Of a stretch of 57,409 nucleotides of DNA, positions 13,062-25,549 are shown one piece after another. How positions within the stretch are numbered: position 1 is the first letter of the stretch; each line of letters starts with the position of its first letter. The notes below the pieces were generated by a model, which saw nothing but the letters and a program-made list of their open reading frames with translations, was not told the origin of the DNA and made no database searches. The position numbers and the translations under genes were made by a program. The stretch is taken from positions 1 to 57,409 of the forward strand of contig NW_021833617.1 in assembly GCF_006345805.1 (NCBI RefSeq). The letters are read 5' to 3'. The DNA is from Octopus sinensis. Taxonomy: Eukaryota.

Positions 13062-13292
13062 TATTCCATCCCAAATCACTGCTGTGACAACTTTTCCGAT
13101 TGACCTCTGTTTCATAAAACTCATTACAGAGAAATACAAGGAGTTAAAACTAAGATTTCTACGCCGTCCACCCCGTTGAAGGTTTTGCTTTAAACATTTT
13201 TCACTGAACGAACACCGACAAATGAGGTGTTCATTCCCGATGCTGCTGTTATGATTACTTCGCCCAATGTTAGCAAACTGGACACAATGCAT
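13062..13292 (-). mobile_element. Mariner transposase fossil
   Basis: KQRSIGKVVTAVIWDG corresponds to SAGKVMLTVFWD in the mariner at 55 kb. Confidence 0.5.
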
Positions 13293-13293
13293 A

Positions 13294-13441
13294 GCGGCAT
13301 TTCTTCTGGCTTTATGTTCAAATTCCGCCGAGGTTGACTTTGCCTTAAAATGAGTCCCAGTCGAGCACTGGGATCGATGTAATCAACTAAACCACTCTGC
13401 CCAAAATTTCAGGCTTCGAGCCCATAGCAGAAAGAATTATT
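13294..13441 (+). mobile_element. SINE family A, partial
   Basis: gttcaaattccgccgaggttgactttgcc core and family tail. Confidence 0.8.
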
Positions 13442-13599
13442 ACTATCAAATCTAGTCTACTACATATATACATATTCACCCTATGGGCAGTAATAATATC
13501 CAGGAACAAATAAAAGGACAGCTAATTTTTTAGGGGTAATTAAATGGTTAGAATGACTCCACAAAATACTGCGCGCGCGAGCACAAAATGTTTATTAAG

Positions 13600-13772
13600 T
13601 AGGGACAAGTCATTACATCCACCCCAATACATGACTGGTACTTATTTTATTAACCTCGAAAGTAAGATCGGTAAAGTCGACTTCGGAGGAATTTGAACTC
13701 AGAACGAAAAGACATGAAATACCGCTAAGCATTTTGTCCGGCGTGCAAACAATCCTGTCAGCTTGCTGCCTA
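13600..13772 (-). mobile_element. SINE family A
   Basis: Reverse complement of the family A head and core. Confidence 0.85.
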
Positions 13773-13799
13773 AGCCCCTAAGCCTTAAATAGTATATAA

Positions 13800-13838
<39 letters not shown>

Positions 13839-14852
13839 GGGATGCATCGTTTACTGCAAAAGAATATTTATACGAGATGGAGAACGGGTTATATTATAAA
13901 TCACTAAGGAGCTTTGGAAAAGCAGGCCATAAGCTTATTACCCAGATAAAATTATATTATATTTGAGTGTCTATATATGTGCATGAATATATATGTGTGT
14001 ATACATATATAGAGAGGGGAAGAGGAAGAGAGAGGCAGAGACATGTAAGCGCATACACACACAAATGGATTCCGTGCAGAATGTGCAACTCAACACCGTC
14101 TCCGGTGCCTCCTTTGCGCTCCAAGGCGCGATGCTGGCCAAGACAAACGACTGGCAATGACCCCACTCATGGTTGACTCCTCTTTGTGTCAAGTTTCTCC
14201 ATAGATCGATACGTAATAGATAGGGTGGCGAAATGAACTCCTGTACAACTAAACTACAAGTCTCCAATCCTGATGCAATGATGTACATCAGAGGACCCGA
14301 ATTTTAAAATAAATATCAATATGTGTGTGAGTGTCATACACACACAAACGTACGCACCCTAGCCTTCTCCCACAGGTGAGTATGACCTGGCAACGTGTAT
14401 CATACTTTCACCAATTTACTAATTATGTGTCAATGTATCACAAGCAAAAATACAGCCACCCCCACCCCCACCACCACCACTTGGCACTCCCATCCTTAAC
14501 CTAGGTAGAAAAAAGAAGACTGTACCGACACTCGACTGGAATTCATCTTCAGCTAAGCAGACAGGAATAACGTGAAAACAAGTGTCTTGCTCAAGGCCAC
14601 AGTGAGCCACCGGGTCCAAGAGACGAACGCATAAACTCATGATCGAGATCCTCGCCGCTACATCATCCTACACATATGAAGCCAGACATTTAATGTGCCC
14701 TCTCACAAATTCAAATTGCAAGCACGATCTGCTTAAACTGGAGTTTCTAAACAGCTCCTTACCTATGCACGTTGATATGCGTGCGAGCAAGTATGTATGT
14801 TCATGCACACATGAACACATATACAAACTATTATATATCATTCGATATACAC

Positions 14853-14990
14853 GGAATTTCCGCCGAGGTCGACTTTGCCTTCCATCCTTTCGGGACCGAT
14901 AAAATAAGTACCAGTCGAGCACTGGAGTAGACACAATCAAATTGCCCCGTTTCCTAAAAATGGTGGCCTTGCGCCAAAATTTGAAATCAA
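14853..14990 (+). mobile_element. SINE family A, partial
   Basis: aatttccgccgaggtcgactttgccttccatcctttcgggaccgataaaataagtaccag. Confidence 0.85.
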
Positions 14991-15094
14991 TATAGAATTT
15001 AAACCCTGTGTATATTAATTGATATCATATCAATATTCATCTCTAACGGGATGGGGGTACTTTTTATGCTGATCCTACCTATAACGGAACAGTA

Positions 15095-15173
<79 letters not shown>

Positions 15174-15304
15174 ATTAATCCCACCCCAAACAAAAAAAAA
15201 GAGAAAAAACAAAAATACAACACGAGGACGAAGTACATGCAAGGTATTAATGAGACGCTCGGGGAAGGGGACACGGACACACACACACACATATATATAT
15301 ATAT

Positions 15305-15670
15305 AATCTTTTACTTCCTTTAGTCATTAGACTACGGCCAAGCAGGAGCACTGCCTTGCAGAATTTAAGTAGAACGAATCAAACCCAGTACTTATTTGTT
15401 TTACTGGAACTTATTCTATCGATCTCTTTTGCTAAAGCGCATAGTTACGGGGACACAAACACACCAATACCGGTTGCCAAGCGGTAGTGGGGGACAGACA
15501 CAAAGACACACGCATACACGACAAGTTTCTTTCCGTTTCTGACTACCAAATCCACTCATAAGACTTTGGTCAGCCCTGAGTAGAAAACACCTGTCCAGGG
15601 TGCCACGCTGTGGGATTGAACCCGTATCTATGTGCTTTTGGAAGCAAACTACTTACCACATACGCCTGCG
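15305..15670 (-). mobile_element. tRNA-derived SINE with CR1-group-like tail (family C)
   Basis: Head with gggttcaatcccac B box. The tail gcagtgctcctgcttggccgtagtctaatgactaaag resembles the LINE 3' end at 53494-53535. Confidence 0.8.
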
Positions 15671-16167
15671 ACTATATACATGAAACCATCATCTTTTGTC
15701 ATCTTCCTCGTTATTTTAATGTCCACACTTCTAAGAATGTGTGAGTCAGGCAAAATTCACGGAGGCAGGGTTTCTACAGCCGGATGCCCTTCTTGTCATC
15801 AGCCCTTACCTTCTTCTTTCCAACTAAACTAATAATCCCTCAAGTTTTCGGACAGAGACAGCACAACTGGTGGCTATGATTTCATGGTAGATTGTATATA
15901 AACGACATCGCTTTATGGAGGTGGCATTCGTTTACAGCTGCTTCATAATCGCGAGGACATACATAGTGTGCATGTGCTGCCGTGTATGATAATAGGGATT
16001 AATAATATATTTTGTTTTGATCAAGTCAGTCTCTTCTGTTTCACCAGTGGAGGCAGAGGCTCCTCTTCAGGTAAGTTGTAACTCATCATAACTTACCTGA
16101 TCACCCTCGGCTTCTACACGTGAAACTCAAAGTAACAAGAGATTTGACTAAACTAATGTGTGTGTGT

Positions 16168-16205
<38 letters not shown>

Positions 16206-16265
16206 TGTGTGTGTGTATGTGTGTGTATGTGTGTGTGTGTGTGTATGTGTGTGTGTGTGTGTGTA

Positions 16266-16297
<32 letters not shown>

Positions 16298-16417
16298 CAC
16301 ACACACGCACACTGAGGAAGGAAATTCGTATCAGTGTAACCCCAGAGTTGTGTATAATGAAGTTTCAGTTTCGTGTGTGTATGTGTGGTGTGTGTATGTG
16401 TGTGTGTATGTGTGTGT

Positions 16418-16456
<39 letters not shown>

Positions 16457-16887
16457 CACACACGCGCGCGCTTTTGATGTCCCGTGGTTTCATTATATAT
16501 TGGAGGTAATAAGATTGTCATGTGGGAGGGGTATATATGTATGTATAAATGTGTGTGTGTATATACACACACACAATATACATATATACACACACGCACA
16601 CGGTATATACATATATATACACACGCACACGGTATATACATATATATATATTTACACACACACACACACATATATATATACACACGCATATATACACACA
16701 CACAAACGCGCACGCATATATATCCGCATTCTACCTTAGAGAAGAGATCTATTAAGCAACATCAACGGCCAACGACGAAGTCTGTTGTGTCCTAGTAATT
16801 GGGGACACTGGATTAGATAGGCTAACAAGACCTATTCAAACAATAGGCATTATCATTATTATTATTTCAAGTCACTCCCCCCAAACA

Positions 16888-16942
<55 letters not shown>

Positions 16943-18078
16943 CGATTGTTTTGTTTCTAATTACAATTGCTAATAATACGCTAGTTCCTTTATTTCTTTT
17001 TTTTTATTTCAGGGATTCGTTGTCTGATCATAAAATTAATAATAATAAAAACAATGATGACGGCGATTGTGATGATGATGATGATGATGATGCCAGTGGA
17101 GATGGTGTTCATGTATATTTCTTTAATATATAAATAATAAATCAACCAAACACAAAACCGTTCTAAAGAATGAACCAAGACAAACGTGTGTGTGTGTGTG
17201 TGTTTATACACACATTGCGTATATTACGTATCTATCTATCGGTGTGTGCGTGCGCGCGCGCATTACATATATATATTTAAATAATTTAATTATATACTAA
17301 ATAATATACAAGCATATAATATATATGTATACATACAATTTACACACACACACATATATATATATATACATACATATAATACATAATATATATACAAACA
17401 CAATATATACATACTCATTATATGATAGATAGACAAACAGAAGTATTGTATACATATTGTATAAATAAACACATATATAAATGGATAGTAAATACGTTAC
17501 ATATATAACTTATTACATATAACGTATATGATACGGTATAAAACATCCATACATTAGAATGTCTATATAATGCATCATAAACACACACACACCGTCTGCA
17601 TGTTGTGTGAGAGAAGTAGCCAGGTTTTGGCGAGGAGACAATTTCTCTCCTCTATTGTCGTTATTAACTGTGAAAGAGAAGTTAATTTTGGCGAGGCCCT
17701 TATTAAAATATTTCCTCGGGAAATGTGGCTGGACCCTTATTATCCCCTCAATGCCGATCTTTTGACCCATCACCCAAAATACTTTCAACTCGCTTACGCA
17801 ATATAACAACGCTTGTGAGACTGAGGGAAGCATTGCAAACAGTTGCTAAAATGTCGAGTTAGCAACGACCAACACACACAAACTACGGAGTAGTGTGTGA
17901 TTCAAGGAACAATACGCTCTCAGCATTTCAAAAGACTGGCCTTGCACACACTAAATATACACACGCACACAGATATATATACGCCTTTATAAACATTAAA
18001 CGGGGGTAACGTTACTGTTCATAATGACTTCGTTATTCAGTTGAGTCGAAAATAAATATTTTTTAAACTTACGTTCGT

Positions 18079-18112
<34 letters not shown>

Positions 18113-18327
18113 CGGCGAACGGCAGATATGCATGCATCGTATATGCACTTTGCTAACTATTAGACATCCTACTATTATAAAGAGCCGTGTGTGGTTTCTA
18201 TCTACACACGAGCGAAAGGAGGTGTATAGAGAATAAGCTACATCGGCTCAGTAATAAATCACGTTCACTATCCAAGTAAACATGGATGAGACTTTATTGA
18301 TACAAATACATCGATGGGATGTGGGTG

Positions 18328-18358
<31 letters not shown>

Positions 18359-18421
18359 GTGTATGTATATTTATTTCTTTTAGTTTCAGCTCACAAACTG
18401 TGGCCATGCTGGGGCACCGCC

Positions 18422-18490
<69 letters not shown>

Positions 18491-19454
18491 ATGCATAACG
18501 CATGTGTATATTGGATAGATAGATATATGAGAGAATGTGTCCGTGTACAGCATACACCAAGTCCAGTTAAACTAATAAACTAGTGAAGTATTGCCAGATC
18601 AATTAGTGAGGTGGTGGTGATTATGATTATTACGAAGAGATTAAATAGTAGGGATGGTGCCACACTGTTCTTTCACTACGAAATGGTGGCCCACCTAGTA
18701 AAGAGCCTAGTATGTGACTCGTAGCAGGCACGAACCCCAGTTTTCACACCGTTTCCCTTCCAATGGTGATGAAAATGATTCAAGTCCTGGATTTTAAAAC
18801 AGGAGTATTTCGACTGTAATAACGATCCCAGTACTTCATTGGTACTTCATCAATCGCAAAGTTATTTACACAAGAACGACCCCAGCGGGATTTTGAAGAG
18901 AATTTGAAGAGAACAAAACTATAGACACAAATAAATCTTGTCGGTGCTCAACCGATTCTCTGATGACGAAAATAACAACAACAACAACAGTAATGGTGAT
19001 GTGATTTATGACTGTGACCAGCGATTAATGAAACAGCAACAGTAAAAAGAGAAGAAGTGCGCTGGGCGTATATAAATAGCTGTTATCTCCAAGAGGAGTT
19101 GTGAGGTGGTGGTGGGCGAGGAGGGAAGGGTTTTGACATCAGATGGATGTTTGAATTCTATCGGTAAAAATGTAAAAAGATAATTTCGAGTTGTAACAGT
19201 GAAGTGCTGCAAAAACTGTCTCTTGTTTCTGACATATGTCAACAGAAGGTGGGGGGGAAGGAGGTGCAAGAGATAACCTACAACAACCTTGTTTCAAATA
19301 AGGGAAACCACCACCACCACCACCACCACCACCTCCCCTATTAGCCAGTGTCTGTCTTACATAAACAGATGTAAACCAGTTTCCCAATTAACAATTCTCG
19401 TTTTCTTCTATCGGAACTATTTGAAAACATTCACATTTAACAGATACAATCATA

Positions 19455-19495
<41 letters not shown>

Positions 19496-19686
19496 TCTGG
19501 TTGTGTGTGCATCATAGCAGCAACTCGTACAAAAATCTTTATCTCTTCGTCTGTCAGTCTTTGATATTTTCTCTCTTTCGAAATCAATTTACAGATCAGA
19601 CAAGCTTCAGATAACGCACACACACACAAACGATAATCGGTGTTCTGGAGGTTAATCTTGGCGAAATATCTGTTACTAAGACCTAC

Positions 19687-19794
19687 CTGAGGCTGTTGGA
19701 AGCAGGTAAATTTATCCTGAAGATGACGGGCTGACGTTAGACATGGAGCAAGCCCCAACACAACCTGCAACTGCAAGCGCATGTTTCTGGGCAT
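19687..19794 (-). CDS. Candidate (alternative) first coding exon, MPRNMRLQLQVVLGLAPCLTSARHLQDKFTCFQQPQ
   Basis: ATG in accgccATG context, 36 open codons, and a phase-0 donor CAG|gtaggt (19686-19681), in non-repetitive, relatively GC-rich sequence. Protein not recognised. Confidence 0.5.
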
Positions 19795-20619
19795 GGCGGT
19801 TGGTGGATGTTTTGCCTAGCCACGGCCTCATGCATATATAACATTTGCTTGAGAGCGCAGCAAACACACAGACAGCTACAACTTAACACACTAAGCAAGC
19901 AGATTTCCATGCACCGCCACCGCCGCCGCCGCCACTACCACCATCATCATCCTCCTTATTATAAAACAGTGGTGTGTATGTGAGTGTGTGTTATTGTAGC
20001 TATGGTGGACCACAACAGTCACAACACCGTCTAAACAGGACTACAGATTATATTATGAGAAATTTTTAACTAAGCAGGGAAATCGTTTTATCATTGTCAT
20101 TATTTTTTTTTCTCCACATACTGAACGATTTGTTTGTCGGCAGACGTTGTAAACAACGCTAGTTACAGCCAATAGCACCAATAGCCTTCCATATAGGATA
20201 GAGAAAACTAGAAACGGAACAGAATATTTACCGAAAGAGTGATGGAGATTGTAAAAGAAAGATTAAAATATGTCGAGAAAGAAAAAGAAGAGAAGAAAGG
20301 AAGAATATGTCAGTATGAAAGGTGAACATCAATGAAAACGAATAGCAAATATCTTTGTTCTTTTTCTAGCCGCAATTTCTAACCTGCAAGAAATGGTCAC
20401 CCCCTGCGACACAGATTTTCAAATAATTCCTTCTCACTGCTTTTATGCTCGACTGATTTTCTTTAATGTAGATTTTAAGAATAGTAACGTTAGAGCTTGT
20501 TACGGTTATGTAATCGTGTTGTATTCAAGATTAGTTTGTTGTTATATAATACAGGGGAGGTGGATACCAGAATGGTGAAGTAGTAAAGGGGCTGGATGAT
20601 AAGAAGGTGAAAAAAACAA

Positions 20620-21221
20620 AGACATCACCCAGCCCAACCTCCATCAATTAGCCTGCTGCAGTTAGGGTAAAAATCGATAATAGTTATAGCTATCATTGCC
20701 TAATAACGATGGGAAGACAGTGCTTGTTACTAAGAGTCTAGTTGAAGCAGACGGTCCGAGGAGGGCACCACACAAATGTGAACCACTACCCGTTTCATTA
20801 ATGAGTTCCATACAAATAACGAAGGCCTAATCACTGCAAAATATACAGCACAGTTAAAATAACACCTCTGTTATGTCGGCATAAATTATTTCATAAATGA
20901 AGCTTGCAACTTCTCCACTGTCGGCCCATCATACATCTTACATGTCTGCTGTCAAGGCCGTCATATTCAGGATAAATATACCTGCTTCCAACAGACTTTC
21001 CTTTTCCTTTTCAGGGATCATCGTGCTTTAGCCCACAACGGTACAAACCCTATACAAAGCAAGAATGTACAACCTAGACTGAGTGATCACACATCTGTTA
21101 CCTATACATATATTCACTTATACCACCAGCAACTTGATAAGCGAAGCTTTGAAAATAATGGCCCAAGTTGTTTCTAGAGGTTCTGCTACCATATTACAAT
21201 AGTTTCTACTTCTCTAAACAG

Positions 21222-21275
<54 letters not shown>

Positions 21276-21800
21276 ACACACACACACACACACACACCAT
21301 TCTTTTTACAATCCATGCTAATGTCTTTAATCTTACCTCTCTATAATTAACATCCCTTCAGTTTCTTTCTCTTCCTATCTTGTTGATATATTTCCTAACC
21401 TTTTGGTCTGAAAGGATGTGCCATACTCGCAGGCTATCCTTCGCAAAATGGGGAAGCTACACTGCAATCACCCACCTGAATCAATATCAATTGAGCCTCA
21501 CCTAATTAGCCAGTGTAAGATTATCTCTAATGGAAATATTAACAATCAACTGTCACAACAGCAACAGAGAATCACCCTGCAGGGCAGCAGCGGTAACAGC
21601 TGGCCAGTTATTTAATGCACTTACTGAAGACAACACTGGACATAAACACCACCATCTGGCCCCTATAGACGTGTCGACTACATTGTAAATATTGCGGTTA
21701 GGTCTCCGAAGAGAACTTCCTCTCACCAACGTCAGAGGCCCTGAAACGAACTGGAAGATAGAGCTACCATTCTTCTAATGAAGCCGCTAAAACAAAATAT
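20620..21800 (+). mobile_element. Highly decayed Penelope-like element
   Basis: CNHPPESISIEPHLISQ resembles the Penelope RT C-terminal S.HP motif, and decayed hammerhead-like cores follow at 21706-21792. The 5' boundary is uncertain. Confidence 0.4.
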
Positions 21801-23029
21801 TTCACAGTAATCAATCAACATTATATCCGTCCCCCAAACCCTAAATCTTTCTTAACTTATTCAATTACATTTACAAAACAACAACATTAATCCTTCCATA
21901 TTGTTTCACTGTTGTTGATTATGTCATTCTCCCAGTATAAATCGATATTGTGTTTATATTGATCCTGATATTGAGAAATCACTTCAACTTGCAAGGACAG
22001 TGCAAAGAACTCTCATAGAAAATGACAGTTGCAACATCTCTGTCTGATTCTCAACTGCAAGTGTGCAACTGATGTGCAGCGATGCCATTATCATTAAACT
22101 CGACTTGTACCATTGCTCAGATATTTCTCAAATTACTATTGAATCATTGACTCGACAAAGCAGCCAGCCTGTTAGAGGTCACTGGATCCAATAGAAATAA
22201 TAGCCAAATCGCCCTCTAATTAAACACCTATTTCCTCGTAAAGAGGAAAACCTTAACAAATGCTCTTCCTTAAAAACACAAAATGGTCAGACTAAGTCTA
22301 TTTGACCAGACAAGCCTGGTACTTCACAACTAAACGGCTAGAAGCATTCTTCTTTAGTTATCCTAAAACAATAAAATCAATTATTCTTTCCCTCTCGGCA
22401 TGTAGTCTAACTAGCTCTGTTCCACAGACACACCACCAAATTATTACTTTCATCTACTTGAGATCCATATTTCCTCACAACCTACCACAGCAGTTCTGTT
22501 TGTTCTCAATTCCCTCAGATTACCTTTCAGTTCCAATATATCTTTTTAACCACTTTTTCAGCAGCCATCACATTCCCTCTTTCCCTACTACAACATGTAA
22601 ACTTCAGTTTCGTCTAAATTGTCCCACCATTACAAGAGCCAAGTCCCATCTTTGTCAGGGTCGTTATATTCTGACCTCATGGTGTGTGCGTTTGTACACA
22701 AACATGCACGCGTCTATTTCACTTACTTTTATACATGCACGCACACGTACATACACACCAAAAATATTGCTGTCTTCTTCTTCTTTTCTTCTTCTTTCAA
22801 TCAGGACTCACGCCATTAGCCACAAAGAATAATCTCTAATTCGAGCCTTTGCGTGTGGCAATTTGAAGATCCACCCACCACACGCGATAGACTGGCGGTT
22901 GCACGGGCGCGAAAGCTACGTTGTTATAAACGGTGGCTTTTAACGGGTGGAGAGCTGAACCATCCTGGGGTACAGAGGATTCGCAATCTAGACTAGGGTC
23001 TGAAAGTTTACCACACCATAGTGGATTAC

Positions 23030-23243
23030 ACCATGGTTCCTCTGTTTTGTGACAGAAGTAGGAAGAAAGTGTGAGAGAAAGTCGTGGTGAAAGAGTACAG
23101 CGGGGTTCACCACTACCCCCCGCCGGAGCCTCGTGGAGCTTAGGTGCTTTTGCTCAATAAACTCTCACAATACCCGGTCTGGGAATCGAAACTGCGTTCT
23201 TACGACCGCGAGTCCGCTGCCTCAACCACTGGACCATTGCGCC
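23030..23243 (-). mobile_element. tRNA-derived SINE (family D)
   Basis: Minus strand ggcgcaaTGGTCCAGTGGttgaggcagcggactcgcggtcgtaagaacgcaGTTTCGATTCccagaccggg has A and B boxes followed by a non-tRNA body. Confidence 0.8.
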
Positions 23244-24098
23244 TAACTGTCGCTGTTGTTGCCATCGCTCTTTAGAGTGTTTCTGTTTTGTTTTATTTGT
23301 TTACATAAGACATTTTGGTCTACACACACACACACACACACTTCAAAGCTTGTGACAGTGTTTATAATAAGAGATATGTACGCGAGCTGCATGACATTGC
23401 TTCAGTAAAAGGTTTGTTGTGACTCTGTCAACTCGCTCTGTAAATGATATCCATATGCTGCCCAAGCATCACTACAGAAGGTCCTGGCATTGGTGCACTG
23501 TGATAGTGTATGGTCAAGAAAACACAAGGGACCGCCTCACTGAGATGCAAGAAGCTACTTACGAAAGAAGTAAAATAAGGAGAAACCATGTCTATCTTCA
23601 AAGCTGCTTCCAGTTTAGGATGGTGTTATATTAAACCAGAACTTAGAAATAAGGGTGAGCCCTAACCTCAAACACATCTTGGAGAATGGAAAGTACTATA
23701 ATCTCTAGACATCATCATCATCATCATCGTCGTCATCGTCTTCGTTGTTTTAAATCTATCTTCTCATGCTGGTTGTACAATGTTGTATTTCTAATGATTG
23801 CATACCGAACCATCAGCCATGGCCATGTGTTCAAATCATTGTCTCAAAGTTTGAGAGGATTTAGATAGTATACACAACTGTTTTATTATTGGAACTAATT
23901 TGCGTTTGAAACGTGCCAACAAATTGAACTGAAATATCGAATCAGAAAGCAGACTGAAATAAAACTGTCAGAAGTAATGTCTACATATTAAACTGTCTTT
24001 TTCAAGTCATGTTTATGGCAGTGTAAATAGACAGTGTTAAGCAAGAGTAAGTGTTAAGAGACAGTCAGTAAAAAAAAGTGTTGCGGGGAGACTAAGTG

Positions 24099-24135
<37 letters not shown>

Positions 24136-24489
24136 TGTGATGAGAGACAAAATGTTAAGAGAAAGTGGAAACAGAGAGTTTAAGATACCAAAGTTTGTTT
24201 TTTTTTCCTAATTAATAAGTCTTTTACCTAACCCCAAATTCTATAACAAGAACTCTCTAATCAATTCCTACAATGGCTGTCGTAAGAGAAATGCCTAATG
24301 TTGAAGAAATCTCTCTCCCATACAATGAACATCAAGAAATACCTGAGAGGTTCTCCTTCATAATAATACTCTCAGACCAATTGTTACCTTATTGTAGGTG
24401 AGATCACGGTGTTATATCAGTGTTCATCTACACTAATATTTTCCCAGTTGTTAATATAGGGAAAGGGGTTCACAGAGATGAATATTGAA

Positions 24490-24678
24490 ATTGGTGTCAA
24501 ATGTTGGCACAAGGCCAGCAATTTTCAGAGGAAGGGGAAATCCATTACATCGACCCCCGTACTCAACAGGTATTTATTTTATCGACCCTGAAACATCGAC
24601 CATGGTAGAATTTGAATTCAAAACGTGAAGACATACAAAATGCCAGCATGCCAACAATTCTGCCAGCCGACCGTCTTA
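24490..24678 (-). mobile_element. SINE family A, decayed
   Basis: Reverse complement of the family A head, core and tail. Confidence 0.75.
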
Positions 24679-25389
24679 GGCGATTATTAATATTAACAAC
24701 TTTATCTTGGAGCTTTTTCTTTTGTTGTCCAATTTTTATAGGGGTCTACTTTCTTAGAAAATGTTAAGTGTATAAATGTCATTTCATTTGTTATCAGGAG
24801 CCCTCAGCCCTATTCTAACATGCTATCCCATTTCATGTTGGCACAGATCAGCAGTTAATTGAATTAAACACCAGTACTTAACTTGTAATTATTATATCAG
24901 ATTGATCATCACTATTTGAACTTGGAATGTAAAGAGCAAATATTCGAATGTATTTGGTCACATGCTGGAAATGTTCTACGAATCCATAGGAGCCTGGCTC
25001 CTCCTCCTCCTCCATCGACACTAAAACATTTCACTGGGAACCGATGAATGAAGCAGACTTTCAAAGTGATGCCAACGAGTGGCAAATGTTGCTCTGTACA
25101 GCTACGAAATCACTAACAATGTACCAAATCATATTTAGAACCAAATTTATCATTGCTAATATATTTTAACACGTGAACCAGTCTAATCACTTCTTTCTGC
25201 TTCATCCACCAGTTAACTATTTACAGCCAGCCATATTCCCCTCTGATTGCAATCTCTCACTCCCATCACACCAATAAACATCATTTCATTACTCCTTATT
25301 CTCAACAACATATTGTCCGACCTTACAACACAATCAACTGTTAACAATACAGACTACAAAGTCATATAGAAAGGATTACAACCGATTTT

Positions 25390-25391
<2 letters not shown>

Positions 25392-25440
<49 letters not shown>

Positions 25441-25479
25441 AGGAAGAAGAAGAAGTAGTAGTAGTAGTAGTAGTAGAAG

Positions 25480-25539
<60 letters not shown>

Positions 25540-25549
25540 CAGCAGCAGT
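25392..25549. repeat. Compound trinucleotide microsatellite (GTA/GAA/GCA blocks)
   Basis: Directly visible alternating triplet blocks. Confidence 0.95.

Noticed and set aside
14362-16076. Plus-strand recursive-splice-like sites (ccttctcccacag|gtgagt at ~14375; ctcctcttcag|gtaagt at ~16070)
   Set aside because: They lie opposite the better-supported exons, have short pyrimidine tracts, and one sits in a hairpin repeat. Revisit only if a plus-strand transcript is found.
16030-16105. Hammerhead on the minus strand (CTGAAGA-GGAG..CTCC..GAAA) beside the tcaggtaagtt/aacttacctga hairpin
   Set aside because: Six extra nucleotides precede GAAA and there is no correctly placed NUH; at best a decayed repeat junction.
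17690-17800. maT-like transposase remnant (FPREMWLDPYYPLNAD)
   Set aside because: The resemblance to WPP.SPDLNPLD is too weak and has no supporting motifs.
19066-19082. Plus-strand TATA/MEF2-like site gcgtatataaatagc
   Set aside because: A short AT-rich motif expected by chance here, with no linked downstream exon.
23165-23243. tRNA gene
   Set aside because: A and B boxes are present but there is no proper acceptor stem, and the sequence continues into a SINE body.
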